Assembly: GCF_035285525.1 (NCBI RefSeq)
Contig: NZ_JAYKGW010000227.1
Coordinates: 1-27,055, forward strand
Source: Okeania sp.
GTDB lineage: Bacteria > Cyanobacteriota > Cyanobacteriia > Cyanobacteriales > Microcoleaceae
DNA length: 27,055 nucleotides
Direction: 5' to 3'
Under the pieces are notes generated by a model, which saw only the letters and a program-made list of their open reading frames with translations, was not told the origin of the DNA and ran no database searches. Shown here piece by piece: positions 16,491-22,204 of the stretch. Position numbers and translations under genes: made by a program. Position 1 is the first letter of the stretch. Each line of letters begins with the position of its first letter.

Positions 16491-17903
16491 ACGTTGACTA
16501 TTGATAAAGTTTTCAAGACTTGTTTCTTGTGTTTTACTAAAAATGTTTGTATAGTATTCGGCTTCGCTAGGTTTTGAGGACATCTCCTGCCAATACCTGA
16601 AAGAAAATTTTCCTGTCTTATCTAGGTTTGAGCGAGCTCTGGACAAGTTCCGTTTAGTGGCTTTGCACTTTTCAGGGGGGTCTTGTTTGTCATAAACAGA
16701 TAAAGCTAATTGATAGGCATGAACAGCTTTTTTCAGATTCTCAGTTTTATTGTCAATTCTTTGAATATAAGCATCGCTAAGATTACATTGAGTTTCTGCC
16801 CAATCAACCGGGTAATCCGCTTTAGTATAAACTTTCAGAGCTTCTAGGAATGCAGCAATAGCAGATTCAATGTTTTGTGCTTTGTCTCCTTTAATTCTGC
16901 TGCTGTAGGCAAGGCCAAGATTATTTTGAGTCATTGCCCAGTCGATAGGAAGGTTGTTTTGGGTACGAACTTCCAAAGATTTTTTGTATGCAGCAATGGC
17001 AAATTCAATATTTTCAGCTTTATCTCCAATGATCCTGTTAGTGTAGTAGCTATGGCCGAGATTGTGTTGAACAATTGCCCAAATTTCAGGATGATAGTTG
17101 GGACTCAAGAATGTGGACATTATTTCATAACCTGCAATGCTAATTTCTACATTAGCTGCTTTATTGCCCAAAGGAAACTCCCTAATGAGGTTACTGAAGC
17201 CGAAAATAAATGTAGCAAAATTTTCCACTACACTCACCTCTGCTTCCGACATAGTAGTTGCAAGATTTCGTAATACGTTAGCAAAGTTAAGATCGAGTTT
17301 ATCCAAATTAGCTTCTAGGAATGGATAAACTACTTCGGGGTTGCCATAGCTTTTTAGGGTAATCTGCAATACCTCCGACAAAAAATCCTGATAATCTTGA
17401 GGTGAGTAATTAGATGAAGTAACAGGTTGTGGATTTTCTTTCCTCTCGAATAGTTCAACAAAGCTCACATGAGTAATTTCATTGAAAATTTCTACTGGTT
17501 GTACCCCCATTTTTTCAAAGATTTTGACTTCTATTCCTTTTGGGAGATCGTTAGTTAAACCTAACAACACTGATAACAAATTTTCCGTGCAGACATTTTG
17601 GGCTTTTGAGCGTCTCGCCTCTTCTAAAGCTAACTCTAGAATTTTTTTAGCTCTTGGACTAAAAGGTATTTCTTCAGTATTTCTGCCTCCAGGCCCTCTA
17701 CCAACAATTTTCTCTACCTGAACACGGGCATCCTTCAGATTTATTCCCAGAGATTTGAGAACCTGTGCAGCTATGCCAGTATCTTCCGCAATCAATCCTA
17801 AAAGAATATGCTCTCCCCCAACAAAATTATGTCCCATACGTTGAGATTCTTGTTGGGCAAGCATAATCGCCTTAATCGCTTTTTCACTAAATCGCTCAAA
17901 CAA
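16419..17903 (-). CDS. ClpC-like N-terminal (Clp R) domain fused to a TPR-like repeat scaffold; no AAA+ module
   Basis: 494-aa [73 protein letters not shown] closely resembles the start of cyanobacterial ClpC as I remember it. It starts with TTG at 17903, 8 nt after a GGAGG (17912-17916). Residues from about 175 onward parallel the N-terminal module of the CHAT protein, followed by four 46-aa repeats. Confidence 0.9.
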   Translation of the reverse strand: MFERFSEKAIKAIMLAQQESQRMGHNFVGGEHILLGLIAEDTGIAAQVLKSLGINLKDARVQVEKIVGRGPGGRNTEEIPFSPRAKKILELALEEARRSKAQNVCTENLLSVLLGLTNDLPKGIEVKIFEKMGVQPVEIFNEITHVSFVELFERKENPQPVTSSNYSPQDYQDFLSEVLQITLKSYGNPEVVYPFLEANLDKLDLNFANVLRNLATTMSEAEVSVVENFATFIFGFSNLIREFPLGNKAANVEISIAGYEIMSTFLSPNYHPEIWAIVQHNLGHSYYTNRIIGDKAENIEFAIAAYKKSLEVRTQNNLPIDWAMTQNNLGLAYSSRIKGDKAQNIESAIAAFLEALKVYTKADYPVDWAETQCNLSDAYIQRIDNKTENLKKAVHAYQLALSVYDKQDPPEKCKATKRNLSRARSNLDKTGKFSFRYWQEMSSKPSEAEYYTNIFSKTQETSLENFINSQRSVKEAFSIQKFIEALKQSFRDDL

Positions 17904-17965
17904 TTTTCCTGCCTCCCGTTTCGTTATCTCAGTTTCCTAGTTTATATGAAAGTTATTCAACTATT

Positions 17966-18029
17966 ATGACAGCCTAGAAGGCTGTGTTACAATTTTATAG
18001 CTATGACAGCCTAGAAGGCTGTGTTACAA
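17966..18029. repeat. Twin 27-nt hairpin units (ATGACAGCCTAGAAGGCTGTGTTACAA x2)
   Basis: Units are at 17966-17992 and 18003-18029. The stem is ACAGCC/GGCTGT. The same twin recurs at 18463-18527. Confidence 0.85.
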
Positions 18030-18044
18030 AAGTTTTAAATTTAA

Positions 18045-18183
18045 TTAAGCAATAGTTAAAACAGAATATTGAACAATTTTTGGTAATTCAATTATTACAA
18101 AATAACCAGGAGGATAAAGATATTCTTATCCAGTTTCATCAAGTATTATTAAATCACCATCTTTTTTGCATCTTTATCAATCA
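18045..18183 (-). pseudogene. Decayed duplicate of the 77-aa gene at 18543-18776
   Basis: It aligns with 18543-18680. It reads ...KKDGDLIILDETG(stop)EYLYPPGYFVIIELPKIVQYSVLTIA, against DGDLRIVDKSGEDYLYSVDYFVIIELPKIVQDSVLTIA in the intact copy. There is also an upstream frameshift. Confidence 0.6.
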
Positions 18184-18206
18184 GTTAAAATAACTTAAGT
18201 TTCAAT

Positions 18207-18381
18207 TTAAAGACTTGTTTTGTTGGTGAGTAGGTTTAATTGTTGTGGAAATAATTTGTCTGCCACTAGCTGCTTGTTTTTTTCTAAATCTTCAACCATA
18301 GCGTGTAAATTATAATTAAAAGATTTAGCATATTCTTCTCGGTATTTATAAATTTCTGCTAATACTTCATCATGCCACATA
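18207..18381 (-). pseudogene. Possible frameshifted small gene (MWHDEVL / EIYKYREEYAKSFNYNLHAMVEDLEKNKQ...)
   Basis: The ATG at 18381 has an AGGAG 12 nt upstream, but the frame stops after 11 codons. Removing one T near 18360-18361 would give a continuous 57-codon ORF ending at 18207. Confidence 0.35.
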
Positions 18382-18462
18382 ACTTATTTAATCTCCTATT
18401 AGCTTCAGTTGATTTTGTTTATCCATAATTACAGCGGATTGCAGATTAGTATGGTACAGATT

Positions 18463-18527
18463 ATGACAGCCTGGAAGGCTGTGTTACAATTTTATAGCTG
18501 ATGACAGCCTGGAAGGCTGTGTTACAA
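18463..18527. repeat. Twin 27-nt hairpin units (ATGACAGCCTGGAAGGCTGTGTTACAA x2)
   Basis: Units are at 18463-18489 and 18501-18527, directly downstream of the 77-aa gene. They are part of a duplication of roughly 0.5 kb matching 17966-18183. Confidence 0.85.
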
Positions 18528-18542
18528 AAGTTTTAAACTTAA

Positions 18543-18776
18543 TTAAGCAATAGTTAAAACAGAATCTTGCACAATTTTTGGTAATTCAATTATTACAAAA
18601 TAATCAACAGAATAAAGATAATCTTCTCCACTTTTATCAACTATTCTTAAATCGCCATCTTTTGCTGCTTCTTCATCAATTAAAGCTACATAAATTTTAT
18701 GTAATTCCAAAGAAGCAGGATAATCTTTATTATTAATACAAACTGCAAATTTAGTTTCTGATTTCAGATTATTCAT
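18543..18776 (-). CDS. Small conserved hypothetical protein
   Basis: 77-aa ORF with ATG start. A decayed paralog 0.5 kb away implies it is a real gene family. No function recognised. Confidence 0.55.
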   Translation of the reverse strand: MNNLKSETKFAVCINNKDYPASLELHKIYVALIDEEAAKDGDLRIVDKSGEDYLYSVDYFVIIELPKIVQDSVLTIA

Positions 18777-18833
18777 AATTTTTAACCCAAATAAAATTAT
18801 AGATTACTTTTGAATTTTGACTTGAACATAACT

Positions 18834-19604
18834 CTACATTTGCCAAGCTTTCCAAAATGTATAAATAGCCAAAATTACCAACAAACTCTGAAAAGCAAAA
18901 CTGACAAATGAACTAGGCAACTTCGGCAGAAAACGAGTGCTAATTTGAGCGCCGATCAAACCTCCAAAACCTAAAAACAAGCCTCCGAAAAACACAATAT
19001 TGCCATTCAAATAATGACCGAAAGCAGCAGAAATAGAAGTAACAACAATTACACCTAAACTTGTTTGAATAGCAACTTTTATAGGTTCCCCAAGTAAAAG
19101 AATTTGCAGAGGTACCATTATTACTCCACCACCAACCCCAAATAAACCAGCTAATAATCCTCCTGTTCCCCCAGTAATAATTCTAGCCAGAGTAGCATTT
19201 CCCCATTGCTGTTTTTCACCATCTTTTTGTCTAGCTATAACCCGCTTGCGTAACCCGAACAAATAAATATTAATCAACATTAGTAAACCAAAACCCAATA
19301 ATAATAAACTCGAAGATAATTGTTCCGCCAAATAAACCCCTATTTGGGCAGCGAATAATGCTGGCAATGCTAACAAAAGAACTTTTTGAGGTTGAATGAA
19401 ACCCATACGCCAATTTTGCAGAGTACCAGAAGTGGCTGTAATTGTAATCGCTAAAGCGCTAGTTGCGACTGCTTGTATAGGTTCATATCCCAAAGTTACT
19501 AACAGCGGAACCATAACTGTACCACCGCCAATTCCTAAAAATCCAGCGAGAATACCGGAACCAAGACCACCTAATCCTAAAATCAAAAGGTTTGCGGGAA
19601 TCAT
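18834..19604 (-). CDS. TauE/SafE (TSUP) family membrane permease
   Basis: Polytopic ORF with duplicated Gly-rich motifs GFLGIGGGTVMVPLL and GLFGVGGGVIMVPL. The first ATG is at 19604; the track start at 19610 is a TTG. Confidence 0.85.
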   Translation of the reverse strand: MIPANLLILGLGGLGSGILAGFLGIGGGTVMVPLLVTLGYEPIQAVATSALAITITATSGTLQNWRMGFIQPQKVLLLALPALFAAQIGVYLAEQLSSSLLLLGFGLLMLINIYLFGLRKRVIARQKDGEKQQWGNATLARIITGGTGGLLAGLFGVGGGVIMVPLQILLLGEPIKVAIQTSLGVIVVTSISAAFGHYLNGNIVFFGGLFLGFGGLIGAQISTRFLPKLPSSFVSFAFQSLLVILAIYTFWKAWQM

Positions 19605-19810
19605 TATCAAGAGTTATTTTATAGATAAATAGACTTCAGTTTAATATACACGAAAGGATACACAAAATATGAAGTCGGAAGCTAGAATGTTTTCGATCCC
19701 CTTTGTTTTCCAGATTTACTGCAACTTCGGTTTTCCTTCTTTCGTAGGGACGTTGCATGTCCCTACCTTATTTAAGAAATATTCATCAAATTGGTATAAT
19801 ATCAGGCTGC

Positions 19811-20017
19811 ATTAATTAACCACAATGCAAAAAGATGGTATAGATAATCTAGTCATCTTTAGATGACTTAAGCTATTAGCCAAGGATTTTAATCCTTGGG
19901 GAAGTTGGGTTGGCGAATTTGGCGAACTCTGTCATCCGCGTCATCCGCCAAGAAATAAATTTCTTACCTCATAGAAAAAGTCATCTAAAGATGACTGATT
20001 TATTATGGTTAATTAAT
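19811..20017. mobile_element. MITE-like nested-palindrome element
   Basis: 16-nt terminal inverted repeats attaattaaccacaat / attatggttaattaat (one mismatch). Inner inverted pair agtcatctttagatgact (19851-19868) / agtcatctaaagatgact (19979-19996). No ORF. Confidence 0.5.
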
Positions 20018-20184
20018 TAAACTTGATATAAGGTATTAGTGGACTATTCTAAACAGGACTTAAGCACGGAATAATATTATACAATATCTATAGGGGCGAA
20101 TGCCATTCGCCCCTACTCAATATGTTGATTCTGCATCTATCTTTTTAAAATTAATAACACCTACAACCAAAACCATTTCAAATT

Positions 20185-21249
20185 ATGGCAAAACTGCAAT
20201 TAAAAAATCTCAGAAAACAATTTGCTGCTAATGTTATTCCTGTTAAAGATATAAATATCGAAGTTGGTGATGGAGAATTTTTAACTTTATTAGGACCTTC
20301 TGGATGTGGAAAATCAACCCTACTAAGACTTATTGCAGGTTTAGAAACACCCAGTCAAGGTCAAGTCACAATTGGCGATCGCGATGTCACAAATCTAGCA
20401 CCGGGCGATCGTAATATTGCTATGGTGTTTCAAAGTTATGCTCTCTATCCCCACATGACTGTCTTTGAAAATATTGCTGCTTCCCTGAAACTTCGCAAAA
20501 TACCCCCAGATCAAATTCAGCAACGAGTTAATCATGTTGCCCAAAAATTAGATTTAGTAAATTTATTAGCTCGCAAACCCAAGCAAATGTCTGGAGGACA
20601 AAGGCAACGGGTAGCATTAGCTCGTTCATTGGTACGGAACCCGGAGGTATTTTTATTAGATGAACCTCTGAGTAATTTAGATGCGTTATTACGGGAACAG
20701 GTACGGGCGGAGTTAAAACAGTTATTTAATTCTCAACAAAAACCGGTAGTTTATGTTACTCACGATCAAACAGAAGCTATGACTTTATCTAGTAAAGTAG
20801 CAATTTTATCTGATGGTTATTTACAACAAATTGATAGACCCGATGAAATTTATACTCGTCCGGCAAATAAATTTGTGGCAGGTTTTGTTGGTAGTCCGCA
20901 AATGAATTTACTCACTCTTAAATGTGAGGAAAATTATGCTATTTTCGGCGATTTTAAAATACCTTTGCCAGATTTTTCTGTGAGAAAGAAACAAATTACT
21001 CTGGGTATTAGACCGGAAGATATACGTTTTTCTTCCACCGAAAATTTGGGAATTACTATTAGAGGAAAAGTGGTTTTAGTAGAATATTTAGGCAAGGAAA
21101 AATTATTAATTTTACAAGTAGAAAATTCAGCAGAAAATATTAAAGTTATAGCTCCTTATGACCAAACTTGGGATGATTTAATAACTTTAGAATTACCTAC
21201 TAAACACATTCATTGGTTTGATGTAGATTCTGGCGATCGCATTCAATAG
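20185..21249 (+). CDS. ABC transporter ATP-binding protein (MalK/UgpC/MsmK type, sugar importer ATPase)
   Basis: 354-aa ORF with Walker A GPSGCGKST, signature MSGGQRQRVALAR, Walker B FLLDEPLSNLD and H-loop VTHDQ. It has a C-terminal regulatory (TOBE-like) extension. Confidence 0.92.
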   Translation: MAKLQLKNLRKQFAANVIPVKDINIEVGDGEFLTLLGPSGCGKSTLLRLIAGLETPSQGQVTIGDRDVTNLAPGDRNIAMVFQSYALYPHMTVFENIAASLKLRKIPPDQIQQRVNHVAQKLDLVNLLARKPKQMSGGQRQRVALARSLVRNPEVFLLDEPLSNLDALLREQVRAELKQLFNSQQKPVVYVTHDQTEAMTLSSKVAILSDGYLQQIDRPDEIYTRPANKFVAGFVGSPQMNLLTLKCEENYAIFGDFKIPLPDFSVRKKQITLGIRPEDIRFSSTENLGITIRGKVVLVEYLGKEKLLILQVENSAENIKVIAPYDQTWDDLITLELPTKHIHWFDVDSGDRIQ

Positions 21250-21349
21250 GGTTTGCTGAAAAAAGCAGAGTGTGGGGAGTGGGGGAGTAGGGGAGTAATT
21301 TTTTTGCCAACGATGTGCCTAATATCATGTCCGGTAGCATCGGAGCGTG

Positions 21350-22018
21350 TATAACTGAACTTCCCCTTTGACAAAAGGCTACAATTTATGCTGTACAAGA
21401 GATAGATCGAATTATCCACCCCTATTTACTGACTACAATGAGTGTAGAGTTCTGAAATTATTTATAGGGCTTACCCATGGACTCTACTGGTAGGGTGTGT
21501 TTCGCGTTCCGCAAAGCTCCGCTTTATATGTCGGCTCAAGCGTCGAAACGCTACGCGACATGAAAAGCCTACAACGCACAACGCACCAACACTCTATATA
21601 TAGAGCTTTTGCGTAAGTCCTGATCTATAATATCTAACTGCTTTTTTAGGACTTACGCAGGAATGCTATTGGTAGGGTGCGTTTTGCGTTCCGCAAAGCT
21701 CCGCTTTATATATCGGCTCAAGGGCCGAAACGCTGCGCGACATGAAAAGCGCACAACACACAACGCACAAATACTCTATATATACTGCCTTTGCGTAAGT
21801 CCTGTTTTTGTTGTAGTGAGCGCGAGTCAAAATACATGACTATATTTTAGCAGATACTCCCTGTAAGGTTATATTAAGAAATATTACCAAAATACATGGC
21901 TACACAAAAAAAAGGTGGTCGCGGAGCGCGGAACGGAGTTCTATCGCTCTATCATAAGTAAGATTGATAAAAGTTTTAGAGCTTTATAGTACATTTAGCA
22001 GGGGGAAGTTCAGGTATA
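21350..22018. mobile_element. Possible composite non-autonomous element bounded by 17-nt inverted repeats
   Basis: tataactgaacttcccc (21350-21366) against ggggaagttcaggtata (22002-22018), with one mismatch. The interior contains the 182-bp repeats and no long ORF. Confidence 0.35.
21488..21804. repeat. Tandem 182-bp structured repeat, about 1.7 units
   Basis: Units start at 21488 and 21670 (tggtagggtg(t/c)g...). Each has the long hairpin ggtg(t/c)gtt...aacgcac and the core cgttccgcaaagctccgc, and ends in ttgcgtaagtcctg. The hairpin gcgtaagtcct / aggacttacgc lies at the unit junction. Confidence 0.8.
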
Positions 22019-22204
22019 AAATCAAGGTGGAAATGGCATAAAAGCTTCTGCCTTCCTTCCACCAAAGTCTAATTATTCAACCGGAGATGATATAAAATGT
22101 TAACTTTTCGATTTTTCGGGAACCGTGCATTAAGTAGGTCAAAACCAGGTACTTTTTCCCAACCTAAAACTACACTCCCCTACTTCCTGTTCCCTGTTTT
22201 CTAG

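Noticed and set aside
16875-17721. Plus-strand ORFs 16875-17273, 17137-17328 and 17482-17721, opposite the ClpN-TPR gene.
   Set aside because: They are antisense to a strongly supported gene. They arise from the same repeat effect and show no motifs or start context.
17966-18527. CRISPR-like array of 27-nt hairpin repeats.
   Set aside because: There are only two units per locus, separated by 10-11 nt, and the two loci are copies of one duplicated segment. This fits terminator-like or dispersed palindromic repeats better.
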